Assembly: GCA_030295235.1 (NCBI GenBank)
Contig: AP026154.1
Location: forward strand, 124,001-188,000
From: Fistulifera solaris
Lineage: Eukaryota
Reading direction: 5' to 3'
Length of the DNA: 64,000 bases
The notes under the pieces are model-generated. The model was not told the origin of the DNA. It ran no database searches and saw only the letters and a list, made by a program, of their open reading frames with translations. The translations under genes were made by a program, and so were the position numbers. Numbering within the stretch: the stretch's first letter is position 1; the number at the start of each line of letters is the position of its first letter. This document shows positions 48,934-61,757 of this stretch, piece by piece.

Positions 48934-51900
48934 ATGACACAAGTAGAGGATGAAAAGCCTCCCGCGGAAGGCGCGGAAAAAGAAACGGAGGAGGTAGAAC
49001 CTCCACCCGAAGAATTCTTGTTGGTGGGACTTTTCATTCTCCCTCCTCGTCAAAAGACAGCTGGCGATAAAGTGCAGCATGCGGTTGCGCTGCCTCCATT
49101 ACGAGGCGAAGAACCAGTACAGTCGCTACGAGGTGCCTTATCGGAGGTCATAGGGTACGCGCACATGACCAATTTCCGCTTCGAAGTGTGCGATAAGCCA
49201 GTGAACGTGACGACCGGAAACGTGCCGCTAATCTCGCCTTACTCGGGAACCGATGCAGCCATTGCGACGCCTCTGGCAGCAGAAAGTTTATGTGAAGAAG
49301 CCGTCAAGACTTCGGAGAACTGTTTAGACGAGTACGGGACTTTGGTCAAGTTGACGGAACGAGAAAACCCCGCTTGCTTTGAAATTGTGCTCGAGCGATA
49401 TGATGTTGCCGGCATCAAGGATCACGTGACACGTTTACGCAGTTTGATGCAGGGAAACGCTCCTTCGGTCGAATCTTTGATTGACGAAGACGATGAGGAG
49501 AGACAAGAAGAATCATCGGACGAAAAGAAAGGGGATAGCGTCGGAGACTTGCGTTTGACTTCGGTCAAGCCGGTCGCGGGCAATTTGCAGGACTTTTTCT
49601 ATCGAGTCAACGGCGAGGACCCAGAGTCGTATCAATCAGGAATTAAACTGAAAAAAACGTCAAATGGTAGTAAGAACAAAAAGAAGAAGGGCCCAGAGGA
49701 AGAAATCCCGAGCAAAGAATCGTTGTTTGCAGATAAGGTGAAACGATGGAACGAACTCGATGACAAGATGAAAATGCCGTATGCCATTCGATACAGTGGC
49801 TATCATCCTCCCCCATCGTCACGCCGATGGTTGGGAGATCTAGCGTATCTGGAGTTGGTCGACCTAAGCCAGGATGCGTCATTGAATGGCTCGGCGATAT
49901 GCATTTCCGTCACCGCCACGACGACAGGCTTTTACGTGAACAAGAGCAAACCCAATCAACACTTTGACCCATCACCCAACACACAACCCTGCTTCTCGCA
50001 TTCGCTTTTGGATTGTTTGCTACAGGCATCGCCAAAGTTCAGCCAGTCTTGGGCTGCGGCCGTTGAAGCGGCGAAAGAACGCAGTGCCGTGTTGAAAAGC
50101 CTCAACAAAGATCCTTTGCTTTCATTTTTCCGTGTTGCAGCACGGGCTGATTTTGGTGGTTTCAAGCTGCCAAATGATAGCTTCCAGCAAGCGCTTGACG
50201 GCGCCTTGGTTTCACCGTCCTGGATTGTGCCAAAGATTCCGCTTGACTCGTGGCATAATCACCAACTCCATCCTTATAACATTACAAAGGCCGAAGAAGA
50301 TCTCAACCAGACCTACGGTGTTGATTTGCGAAGCGGGGGTATTCGTGATTGGAATGAAGAACTACAGATGGCCCGCGAAATGCAAACCGAAACACTCACT
50401 CAGCGTATCGAACGAGCTCGGTTGCTTCACAAAGTTCTCACCGAGTTCGGAGAAGCGTCGTTGCTTGGTGTGAAAGCAATTGTCGACGGTCATATCGCGC
50501 CTATGAATCCGAACGAAACGGCTCGCGCCCAAGTCTTTTTGCACAATAACATATTCTTCAGCCGAGCCATTGACTCCGGCCCTGAAACATTTAAGTGGCA
50601 CAAAGGCGACGCGGCGGCTCGTAAAGCTGCCAACCGAGATCTTTCGGTCATATCCACTATCTCTAGAACTGAAAAATCTGGTTTGTGCACGTTGGCTACC
50701 GTGCTGGTTGACTTTTGGGCACACGCTACGTTTGTCAGAGCATCTTGCCTGGTATTTTGATTGGTGAGAGGTCGCACACCTTGTTGTACGGCGCTGTTGA
50801 AACTGGTTCACCCCTTAAATTTGACGCAGAGCTACATGAAACGATGAAGGGGTTTATTGGAGAGGGTATGATGTTAGCATCGCGACCGGTGTACAGAATT
50901 CCTGTCACATGTGAACGACTAGAGGAAGTCCAGAAACTCAAAGAAAAGAATCCCTTTACCAGGAACTAGAAAAGAAGGAAGACGAGAAGGTAGATCCTGA
51001 TGCAACCATTGAAACTTGCATTCCGATTGAAGCAAAAGGTATCATGGGCAGTGATAAGAGAAAGTATTTACTGGATTTTGGACGTTTGACTCCTCGTGAC
51101 GCGAACTGGGTTCCAGCCAGCGAGGGAGGTACAGGCAAATTTGAAGGTCTTCAGTTGACCTCAAATATTCCCGCAACACTCCATGACGATGAATGGACAA
51201 TGCACGTTCTCCGTCCTGAGCTTGTGACTCGCTTTACTCAGACGAAAATGGCCCGGTATCTCGAATCTAAGAAAGAAGTCGCTGATAGCGAAAGCAAGAA
51301 GTCTGACGACGAGGCGCCGAGTGAAACGTCCAACGACAACGCTCTTTCAAAATCGGAAAAACAAGAAAAAGCTGACAAGTCAGAAGAAAAAGCTCAATCG
51401 GAGGGCACTCCTAGTAACTCAGAAGAGAAGGATACGCCGGAAAGTCGGAAGCTGACAGAAGAAGACAAAGCATACGCAGAGACATTAAAACTAAATATCA
51501 ACGTCTTCATGCCACACATGAAGAAATACGAAGAAGACCTTGCTGATCAAGTAAACAAGGACGAGCAGTTGGTTCGAGAAGCTGCAGAGTTCCTTTGGGA
51601 TGAGACTTTGCCCCGCATCATTCGCGGCGTGAAAGATGGTAGTCTTCACCCCGTTCCAATGGACGGAAAGACCCTGACTGAATTCATACATCGCCATGGC
51701 ATCAACTGTCGCTACCTTGGTCGTTTAGCAACTTTGGCGAAGGAAGAAGAAGCACGAGATGAGCAAACGGAAGCTGAGTTGAAAAAGGTACTCTTTCTTA
51801 TGTCGAGCGTCGGAGCATGCCAAAATGCTGGCTTGAGCTTTTGGAATGCGAGATCGTTGCGCGTGCTGCTAAGCATGTTCTGGATCGCTACTTGAGAGAA

Positions 51901-53283
51901 AATGCTGGTGTTGCTTCGATGCAGCCATCACAGACGATTGCTTCTTTTTTAAGCTCCTTAATTTCGGAGCGCGAAGAAACCGCTGCACAAACGGAAACGA
52001 GACTCGAGAAGCGGACGGTAGGCCCAGACGAAGATGATTTCAATGCTCTTACCATCACCGACACAGGAAGGAGAGTGAGTGGCGGAGACTCATTAATGAT
52101 TCGCGGTCGGTTCGAAGTGTGGAACGATATTGAGCATGAAGTCGGGCGGCGTTTCCGCTATAATCTTTCGCTCTATAACAAGGGAAATAAATCTGGTCGA
52201 GCCCTTCACGTTCCCTTACTTCGCCGGTTCTGCCAACGAGCCGGCATTCGACTCTACGCAAAGGACTATGATGTTGGCAACAGGTGCTTATGTGGCGGTG
52301 GCAATAACCTTTCCGGACTTTTGCTGGAGTCGTATCCTATCTCCCCGCTCGATATTGTGGATATTGTTCCTTTGATGAAACATTCATCTGCATATGGCGA
52401 GGGATTTGAACCATGCTCTGTCGGTGCCACTATTTCGCTGCCTCCTTTGCAGGTCGCCCTTACCGATGCTCGTTTCGCGTTGCAGCGTGCGCATGTTATG
52501 ATGAATGGCCGTGCTCTTAGCAAGGCTGTTGAGCTAGCTCAAGAAGCGGCGTCACTGTATCAACGTGTAACGGAGAGTGCAACTCATCCGGGTGTTATCG
52601 AGAGTATGGAGTTATTGTCCAACATCTTCTTAGAGGCTGGTGACATTGATACGGCTTCTCTGAACGAAGCCAAGGCGGTTACGCTGTGCATCCAAGGTAG
52701 TGGCTTCGACTGTCCCAGAGTTTTCGCTTCCCACATGTCCTTATTTCAAATGAATTTCGCGGCAAAGAGAATGGACCAAGCAATCAAACACGCGCACGCC
52801 GCTCTTTACATTCTCGAGTTGATGGCAGGTCCGCGACACACGGAAGTCTTTTCCATCTACCACAGATTGGGCAGCATTTACTCGAGCGACGACTTCAAGG
52901 GCAAGTATAACACAATCGCACTCGCAATGCTGGAAGAAGCCGATAAACGGGGTAGTTGTGATCGTCTTATGGATGGTATTGCAGCCAAAAGCCACGCCAA
53001 AGTTCACGCTGGTCTGAAAAACTTTGAAGCCGCTGCCGAAGCTGAAAGAAAGTCGTACCAGGTCTTCACCTTGTTCTTGGGAAAAGATCATCAACTAACC
53101 AAAGAGAGCGAAGTTGATCTTGTGAACTACTCCAAGCTTGCTATCCGGACGAACGTGAGTAAGGTTTCGGGTGAGAAGATTCGCGAGCAGGAAGCGATCG
53201 CGGACGCTGTTGCTGCAGAATTGGTGGCCGAAGAAGAACAGAAAATGAAGAAGACTTCCAAGAAGAAAAGAGGAAAGAAGTAA
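48934..53283 (+). CDS. CLU1: Clustered mitochondria protein (CLU1/CLUH)
   Basis: SGYHPPPSSRRWLGDLAYL, RDWNEELQ, HNNIFFS, GSDKRKYLLD..RLTPRDANW, DGKTLTEFIHRHGINCRYLG, C-terminal TPRs. Indels near 50713, 50960 and 51790. Confidence 0.92.
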
Positions 53284-53506
53284 AATGTAGAAATGTCACA
53301 TGAAGAGATATTAGGTGTAGAGACATATCTACTACCCCGTAGTGATTCTTTGAGCTTCTACTCTGGGCATCTTAGGCTTTTGAGCGTCCACCTGTCACCC
53401 GTATGCCCTTATTTCTCATCCAAGGAAAAATCCTGGTTTTCGATTTTTTTCTTTCTCGTTTCATTTCGTTGCAACTTTTCACTTAGTATTCCGACAATTT
53501 ACAAAA

Positions 53507-54809
53507 ATGAACTCGGCTGCTTTACAAATCGAGTGTTCCGATCAACCGTTGGACTTTTGTTTTCATGCTTCGCGACCCAGTCTTCTGGCGGCCGCGTTAG
53601 TTGACGGTACTTTGGAAATTCACGATTTTGCCGATCTGCTGGATGACGACGAAGAAGATTCGTTATTATCCTCGACACCTGTGCATACACAACTCCTTCC
53701 GACCCAAAGTGGGGGGGACGAAACAGGCGAGTTGTCGATCGGTTTTGTTTACGAAACATGGAGATCTTTATACCGGAGGAACGGGTGGAGATTTGGCCAA
53801 ACTCGACACGGAAATTGTTTGTACTTTCACCACCAAGACATCACCGAAATCAGTTCTATGGCGAATCAATGATGCTGCGTACAACAAAGCCGCGGTGCAT
53901 GTTCTCCACGAGATTCCAGAGAATGCTATAGCGAATCAAGGACTGCTCGTTTCGGGTGATGACATTGGAGGTGTGCGTGTTTGGGATCCGCGACTCATGG
54001 GAACGGATACGGCTGACAATAAGCTGAAAAAGAAGCCTACGGGCTGTTTGTTTAGTTGGAAAGAGCATGAGGATTACGTCTCCAGTATTGATCATTCTGC
54101 GGATGGAATGACTCTGTTATCGGCATCCGCGGACGGAACACTCTGTGTCTACGACCTACGAATGGCGCAGCAACCGAGCGTTTACGAAAAAGACAAGATT
54201 GTGCGTCGCTCTGACGTCCAGGATGACGAGCTTTTGTCACTCAAGGTCATGAAAAATGGCAAAAAGGTGGTTTGTGGCACAGGAATGGGTGTTCTGAATG
54301 TTTGGAGCTGGGGGACCTGGGGTGATATCAGTGACCGCTTTCCAGGCCATCCCAACAGCTTGGATGGCTTGGTCAAAGTAGACGAAGATACACTTTTGAC
54401 AGGATCCTCGGATGGCCTGATTCGTGTTGTAACGGTCCATCCCGACAAGTTTTTGGGTGTATTAGGGGACCACGAAGAGTTTCCTATTGAGAAGCTGGCA
54501 TTTACCAGTGACCGCAAGTATATTGGTAGTTTGTCGCATGACAACCTGATTCGCTTGTGGGATGCGGCAATACTGGGCGAAGATTATGATGGAGATGCTA
54601 AAATGAGCGCGGCACCGACAGTTCATGTGACCAGCGAGGCACATAGCGGAGATGAAGACGGTTGGGATGACGTTGACGACGACGAAGACATGAAGGAACG
54701 AAGTACCGACGACGATGACAGCGACAGTAGCGAAGACGACGATAGAAATGAAGATCAACGAGCCGGTCGATTCAAAACGGACAATGAAAAATTCTTCGAA
54801 GATTTATAA
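53507..54809 (+). CDS. WDR55: WD repeat protein 55 (JIP5) homologue
   Basis: LDFCFHASR, EHEDYVS, SDVQDDELLS...KKVVCG, DISDRFPGHP, TGSSDGLIR, FPIEKL; acidic tail ending FFEDL. Extra G in the G-run at 53711. Confidence 0.9.
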
Positions 54810-54820
54810 CGACAACGTTT

Positions 54821-56326
54821 TCATGAGGAAGCCTGCCCTGGCAATCGGACCAAGCCCAGTGCCCCAAGTATGGCAACCGCATTGCCCATCCCCACGCGTG
54901 CAATGAATTCTTGTGCATCTCCTTCACAAAGAGACCACAACAGCTCTCCCGCAAAGCGTTTAATATGACTATGAGGCCAGGTCAAGAGCTGTATTAATTT
55001 GTAGCGCAGAGTGCCAACGGGCGCATCCAAGGGTTTCATATTCCGACATTGTCCGTGCTGTTCAATTTCTTGGCGCTTTTTTTCTTGAAAGCTTTCATCT
55101 GGAAATATATGTGATCTGAGTTGTTGACGGATACTCGCGTGATGCGTGGCGACTTTGTACAAGACAACTAATATCGGTGTGAGTGCTGCCGCCGCCGAGT
55201 CCTGCACGAGGGTTTGTTCCACCACTTGCGTCACTTGATGCTCCAGAATAGCCCAAAGTGGCAACAGAACATCTTGAGATTCGAGGAAGATTCCCAATAC
55301 TTCGGCAGTGGCATCCATGAGTGGAGGAATGGCTTCCCGTCGGCATTCTTCGCATTGTGGAGTAGTAACCTCTAAGCGTAACAACTTGGCAATTAATTGT
55401 GCGAACAGTCCATCTAATTCAATCTGTTTCCCCAATCGCAATACGTAGGCGGCTCGTAAGATTTCTACAATTAATTCGGCTCGTTTGTCGTTAATATTTC
55501 CGAAAGGATTGGCGTCGAGTGCTCGTAGTGCTAAATACGGCAAGAAGGAAGCAAATGTAACTGGAGTATGTTCGGGCCATTCCGACGGACAATCTTCCAT
55601 CCGCAAAGGCTGCACCGTCAAGGTATATTCCATTCCTCGTGGAAACGATACCAGGATATTGTGAACATTCCGTACAATCGACAAAGCCAACGCAACATCG
55701 TTATTGAGAGAACGAACCAAACAATCCAGTAATTGGGACATGATTTGATCCTCTTCGAGTAGTTGCTGGTACGATTGGATCAGTCCTTCATTACACCCCG
55801 AAACGGGATTGTAACTGGTATAAAACAAAAGCTGAGAAGCATGTTGTGCCAAAACAGGATCGGACCCACAATACTCTTGCATCCACGATAAATATTGTCG
55901 CAACAATCGGTAGGACCGCCAAGGCATCATGCCCTCTTGCAGTGAATTCGTTGCCGTGGAAGAGTACATGCTTTGCAATAAGCTGCGCAAAAAGTTCTTA
56001 CTTATTCGTAACAAGAGTCGCAATTCTATGAACTCAGGTGATGATGGTTGAGATTGCTGCTCGGCTTCCACCACTGTCGTTTCCGTTTCATAACACTCAA
56101 TCCAACGCAGCAAGATATTAGATATCAATTGTTGTTTTTCAATTAGCGACGGTTCATCCTCCTCGGATGCTTTCCATTCTCCACACGGTTGTAATGATGA
56201 TGATGATGATGGTGTTTTCCATTGTATTTCGCAACGTTCGCACCATTCTTCGAGCGGATTTGACGATCTCGTCCTTTGCAACAAATTCCATAATTCATGG
56301 AGTCTTTCGTCTTCCAAATGTGTCAT
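54821..56326 (-). CDS. RIC8: Ric8/synembryn-like G-alpha chaperone/GEF
   Basis: C-terminal signature TLRYKLIQLLT....IKRFAGELLWSLCEGDAQEFIARVGMGNAVAILGALGL. Confidence 0.75.
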   Translation of the reverse strand: MTHLEDERLHELWNLLQRTRSSNPLEEWCERCEIQWKTPSSSSSLQPCGEWKASEEDEPSLIEKQQLISNILLRWIECYETETTVVEAEQQSQPSSPEFIELRLLLRISKNFLRSLLQSMYSSTATNSLQEGMMPWRSYRLLRQYLSWMQEYCGSDPVLAQHASQLLFYTSYNPVSGCNEGLIQSYQQLLEEDQIMSQLLDCLVRSLNNDVALALSIVRNVHNILVSFPRGMEYTLTVQPLRMEDCPSEWPEHTPVTFASFLPYLALRALDANPFGNINDKRAELIVEILRAAYVLRLGKQIELDGLFAQLIAKLLRLEVTTPQCEECRREAIPPLMDATAEVLGIFLESQDVLLPLWAILEHQVTQVVEQTLVQDSAAAALTPILVVLYKVATHHASIRQQLRSHIFPDESFQEKKRQEIEQHGQCRNMKPLDAPVGTLRYKLIQLLTWPHSHIKRFAGELLWSLCEGDAQEFIARVGMGNAVAILGALGLVRLPGQASS

Positions 56327-56947
56327 TTTTTAATTATTGTCGCGAATTATCTCATTATAAAAAGTGTAGGAAGAGTAAAAAAGGGTAGCATTAGCAATTA
56401 GCAACCTGTTAGAATAGTAGTAGTTGGAATGAAATAAACGCAGGACGCAGGAACGAATAAAAGCGAAACGGCGACCGTGACTCAGAACGAAATGGAGTCT
56501 TGGTCTCCTAGTAGAACCAACACATTGGAGCTATAGGAAAGTAAGTTGCGACCGATCTATCCGATTTCGACGTAAACAATAGAAGAATGAATCGCAAAGA
56601 GAGCTACAATAAAGGAACCTCTCTAACTAAGACAATTCGTGTAGTTTCTCAAAGGGTTCCTGCTGTATTTATAGCAGCGGAACGTCGTCTCAAAGAGCCG
56701 TAAACCATTCGTGACTCGGGAATCGTGACAAAAGGTCGTCTACACTTTGGACTGTCTCTCGATGATTAGGTTACGCGGTGTGACAATAAACGTGGCGCCG
56801 GCGTTCAAGAAAATGCTGCGTCGATCGTCGTTCAATCTTTTCTTATGTGCACGCAACGCACTACCTGGTATGGTGCTCTCGACACACATGAAACGATGCG
56901 AATCAACACTTCAAAGTTCTAGTTTCCTCTCAAGGCGTTTTCAAGTG

Positions 56948-57542
56948 ATGAAAATTGCGCTGCTGGGAGATTCCGATGTGGCACGATGGCCCGTTTCCGA
57001 ATATCCGAGAAAAGTTGTGCAGGTTTCGGGACAATCCGGTGCTACATTATCGCAAATTGTCGTGCCCCCCGACATTGAGCAATTCGATGTTGTGATTGTT
57101 TGTGCCGGTGAAAATGATATTGCTACCAATATCCCTCTGTGGAAAAGTGAACAAGACTTGCGAAATCTGTTGCAACAATTACTTGTCACCCAATCATCTC
57201 TGCAGCGAGTCGTCTTCTTTTTAGGACCCAAATTCGAGCCGTGGATGCAAAACGACAGGGAAATGCGGAAGAAATACTGGCAAATGCATGTATCCTTTCA
57301 GCGCATCTTATCGACGGAGGAACCCTTTGTGACTACTAGGTACAATACATCGATTGTTTGTTGCTTTTCTGCACAGACAAGTCGGGCGACCAGCTAGAGA
57401 AGCAAGGATCCGTGTTCAAAGCTACACCAAATCCACTTTATTTTCATGCCGATCAGCTTCATTTGTCTCGAAAAGGTTATTTTGTCTGGAAGGAGTTGTT
57501 GGAGCAGCAATTAGTACAACTATAGATCAAGGGAAAGAATAG
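56948..57542 (+). CDS. SGNH/GDSL-type hydrolase
   Basis: LLGDSD, GQSGAT, CAGENDI and, after a frame break near 57330, FHADQLHLS.KGY. Confidence 0.8.
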
Positions 57543-58444
57543 GACCACCTCGAGTAACATTCCAACTGAAAAACAAGGCCAGTGGCCATCGCAGCCTCTC
57601 CGCGCTCCACGCAACGAAAATAATCGAGTCGTCTACGTACGACACCGATGACGTCTCAGATAGCATCACGACTCCTTCCTTGCAGCGTCCTAGAGGTTTG
57701 GGCAAGACAACCAATTCCGCACAATCGTCTGCATCGACAGGACTGTCGTTCTCTGAATTTGGGAAGCGATGATGCTCGCTGGCGGAAGATATGTAACGAA
57801 ACGGCTGTCATCAATCATTCTTGATAACACCCACCCACCCACATGAATAGTGACGATTGATCATCAAATAATATGAGTCATTACCCTACACCCTTTGCAC
57901 ATACAAACGCTTTCTCGCCCGAACGCGCATCTCTAAACGCGACGAAATCGAGCAACAGCTACTGCCGCTGAAGCACCGAAATTGTATGTCCCTCCTCAGC
58001 AGGTGTCTACGAATTCCAATCCATTTTCTTCCTCTACGCTGAAGGATTCCTTCCAAGAAAGCCCGATTAGGAAGACTATTGGTATCTCCGTCATCATCAA
58101 ACTTACCCCAGAGTATTTTTTCATTGTCCAAATTCAAAATTCCGGACGCCTTCCATCACATTTGGGCCTCATCCAAGTTTGTGAGTATTTAGTGAGTCAC
58201 ACCAGTACTTACTGTAGAGAGTCTTATCCTTCACGATCTAGTCGAAGTTGCTGCAACAAGAAAACAATAGATGCTTTTAATCAGTAGACCCTCTACGCCT
58301 TCATTGATTTTCGTTACGTTTTAAATATCTGTAAGAACCTGTCGCAATAGCATATAACGCTTTTGACGAGCTAGTCAATCTAAAAGTTAGTTCACAACTA
58401 CTTGTCCGCTGTAGCTCATAAAATATACTGAAGCACCCAATAAA

Positions 58445-59308
58445 TCAAGAGAAACGACAAGCTACAATTCCTTTTTCTTCGTCTTGTTCACTTTGCTTGG
58501 TCGTTGTTGCTGTTGTCGCTGTTTTGGTTGTTTGAGTACTTTGTCTCCCCCCTTCCGAGGAACGCTTCACAAACTGCCGTGTATTCTCCCAATACACCAT
58601 AAATTGCAATAATGTCAAACCATTCAGTACTACGGCAATTCCAAATCCGGTCAAAACAGGTAAATCCCATCCAACTTCCTTCAACGTGGTCATAATCCGA
58701 ATCAGTGAACCCGCCAAATTCATCAAAGTCGTAATGATGGATTGAGCTCCCGTATGTTTCACCTGATAAGTTGCGTACAACTGTGATCCTCGTGCATACA
58801 TCATAATCGGCCATTGCGATGCAATCAACAGATAATGCTGCCATGCTGGCAAGAACCAACTGACGCCAACGACGTAGGCCAGTCCGGCCACTACGACGAG
58901 AAACTTTTCCGCTAACGAAATGACCGGAGTAAATTTCCACACCAACAAAAGAATGACAAAGGATTGCAACACCAATGCGGCATTTTCTCCGTAAGCTGTG
59001 ACAGGATGTCCTTCTAAAAAGCCGTAGGCAAAGCCGTTCGCATAAACGAGTACATCGGCGTACACAGAACCACGCGAAAGGCCTTCGGTGGATTCTGTAT
59101 CAATCAAATTGACAATGACGGGTGCCTTGTTGAGGAAGGCACCGGCAATAATGGCAACACCGAGTAATTTGGCGACAAACGTGGACCAGCAAGCCGATGT
59201 CATCAACGGAAAGTCTTGGACGCAGATTTCTTCCGTGACGTTTTCGTCTTCTCCCCAAATCAGTGCGGCCACGTACATGATCAGGGGAATATCCAAGAGA
59301 AACTTCAT
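58445..59308 (-). CDS. MPDU1: Mannose-P-dolichol utilization defect 1 (PQ-loop) protein
   Basis: AKLLGVAIIAGAFLNKAP, STEGLS, PVTAYGEN, KHTGAQSIIT..MNLAGSLIRIMTTLKEVGWD. Confidence 0.85.
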   Translation of the reverse strand: MKFLLDIPLIMYVAALIWGEDENVTEEICVQDFPLMTSACWSTFVAKLLGVAIIAGAFLNKAPVIVNLIDTESTEGLSRGSVYADVLVYANGFAYGFLEGHPVTAYGENAALVLQSFVILLLVWKFTPVISLAEKFLVVVAGLAYVVGVSWFLPAWQHYLLIASQWPIMMYARGSQLYATYQVKHTGAQSIITTLMNLAGSLIRIMTTLKEVGWDLPVLTGFGIAVVLNGLTLLQFMVYWENTRQFVKRSSEGGRQSTQTTKTATTATTTKQSEQDEEKGIVACRFS

Positions 59309-60007
59309 GATAGTTGCAAGCAATTTAACTTAAAAGCGAAAGCAAACGACTACTTTTGTCATTGACGCGATGAGGCAAATGAAATCATCGCATCTATTCT
59401 ATTCTATTCTTCTTCGTTCAACGATGATTTTTCTCAGCGAGACGGAAATAAGTGAGATATGCACGCGTGTGTAGCCCGTTTCATGTAAGTATAAGGTTCA
59501 AGATAGATCGCTAGAGATCGCAATCGGGACTTACAACATTGCAGTCCCGGAAATGCAATGACATCGTTATTTCTTTAAGCCATCTATCCTCCTCTCACAT
59601 TTTGTCTTAGACCAGGCAAAGGTGCAATATATGGAGCAAGGGTTTCTTTCAAAACATGGCCATTGTGGCTAGTGATGACGCAACAACGCACAATACATGC
59701 CCAGTTTTATTTGTACCAAGCAATGGTCTATGGTTTGACGACGTGTTGGGGTGACTTTTTGTTACGGACTCATAATTTTTATCAGAGCACCACCTTTGTA
59801 GCTTGTTGGTCATGGACTCAATTGGAGCTAACTTTCGCAGTCAAAATGACTTATCTAAGTAGCAGCGCCATGGTGGCGTCTATGAAAGTTTTCAATATCA
59901 GTAGATTTCATTCGTCGTCATGGTGTTTGGTACATGAAGAAATATCGCCTTGAACAATGACGCCGGCATTAGAGTGCTTCTCTGAAAAGTTGAAAAGATA
60001 TTACATC

Positions 60008-61558
60008 TTACGATTGAACTACTTCATTCTGCAAGTTCTTCCGCCTAGCAATCCACCATGTTCTGGAAGCGAATTGCACCGCACGTCCGCCTTGAAAAAG
60101 AGCCAAAATCCACCAAACTCCAGCTAAGGATGCCGGTCGTAACGGACTCGTGAGCCACAAAATGGTGACCAATGTAGTAACGAGATAACTCGTACTCAAG
60201 AATCGCAAATCACGCTGCGCCAAGAGCATGCCTTCGCACGTCAAGGCAATCGCGTGCATCGAAACACTAAAGGCTAGTATTGGTGCAGTCGCACGCAGTG
60301 CAGATGCCACTGCAGCAGTATTGGTGAAAATCGCGGATCCCTGTGACGGCAAAAGTCCCGCTAGAGTCGCAGCTACGAGTCCTGCCACAACACCTGTTTG
60401 AAATAGAAATCTCCGAGCACCTTTGGTTTTGTTGCGTTGCTGCAATATTCGCGGAAGAAAAACTTGGGACGTCATACCGACGGAATCGCCAACCGGTGTC
60501 CAGAAAAGAAATTACGCAACAACACTTGGTGGGCTGCCAATGCCGTAGCTCCCAATCGTCCCACGGACAAACTAACTCCATTGTACACCACAGACTTGCC
60601 CAGAATCGTAGCGAAGATGGGCAACGAATATTCTCAAAAACTCATTCAACAAGGTAGAGTTGAATGAAGAGAATCGCACATGAAGATCTCTTCGAACGCG
60701 TTGGATCAAAAACAAGGCCGCCGCTACATCGGCCGTGGCTGTGGCTACCGCGGCTCCGGCAATGCCCCATCCAGCGTACTTCACCAGGGTAACAGTCCCA
60801 ATCAAATTCAACCAAAATGCCAGAATCACACTCCACAGAGGCGATGCCGTATCATGCCGAGCCAGTAATGTCGCACGCGAAACCGATGCCCAAAGAACAA
60901 AAGGCTGGGCCAAGGCACGGATGAGCGAATAGCGCAATGCGGAGGGAATGACGGAAGCACTGGCTTGCCCGGCAATACTCCACAGTAGAGGTGTACCGGC
61001 CGTCCAGACCATGCTACACAGGAATACACCCAAGACTCCGGCCAAGACTAACGCCGTTTCTACGGTCTGTTGAACCGATTCGTCTTCCGTCGCGGAAGCA
61101 ACGAGATTCGTACAGGCCGTCGCAACGAACATGCACAAATAGGCACTGCTATCGATCAAGGTACAGGCCGGTGCGAGCGCCGCCAGTTGTGTAGCACCAC
61201 AACATTGTCCCACCACCGCTGTATCAATCAAGGACATGATCGGTGGGGCCATCCACAGGGCTAGTGTGGGGGTGACAAATTGGAAGACGGAACGGGCACT
61301 GAGATTATAGGATTGTGAGGTGGATGTGGCATTGTAAATTGTGTCTTCTTCGCTCAAAATCAAGCTCTTTTCGTTCACTCCTAAGGAAGCGTTGTGAGGG
61401 ACTGCATGGAGAGGAACAAAGATGCGAGAATAGGTAATGGGCGTGTTGCTTGTTCCACTAAATCGAACCATTCGCGAAGTAAACGCGTTCGATGTTCGCG
61501 TCGCGGCGAACAACACCGCTAGAGTCAAAGCTTTCATTATATTGTGTCGAAGTCTCAT
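60008..61558 (-). CDS. Plastid-targeted MATE transporter (EDS5/DTX46-like)
   Basis: Presequence ..ATRTSNA-FTS; PIMSLIDTAVVG, LAALAPA, YSLIRALAQP, GWGIAGAAVAT, EGMLLAQRDLRFL. Two homopolymer indels near 60640 and 60507. Confidence 0.88.
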
Positions 61559-61757
61559 GTTTCTTTCACTTGGATCATTCGATAAGCAACAAAAAAGAGG
61601 TGTTTTCATTGGGAAAGGCAGAAAATAGGCTAATTTCTTTGAAAGACGTTGGATGCAACGAAACGAATGCATCTCAAATTTCGAGATGGACGTCGGGGTG
61701 GAGGAAACGATGACGTTGCGACGCCTCCTCTCTAATCTTGAGATACTAACCAGACAG

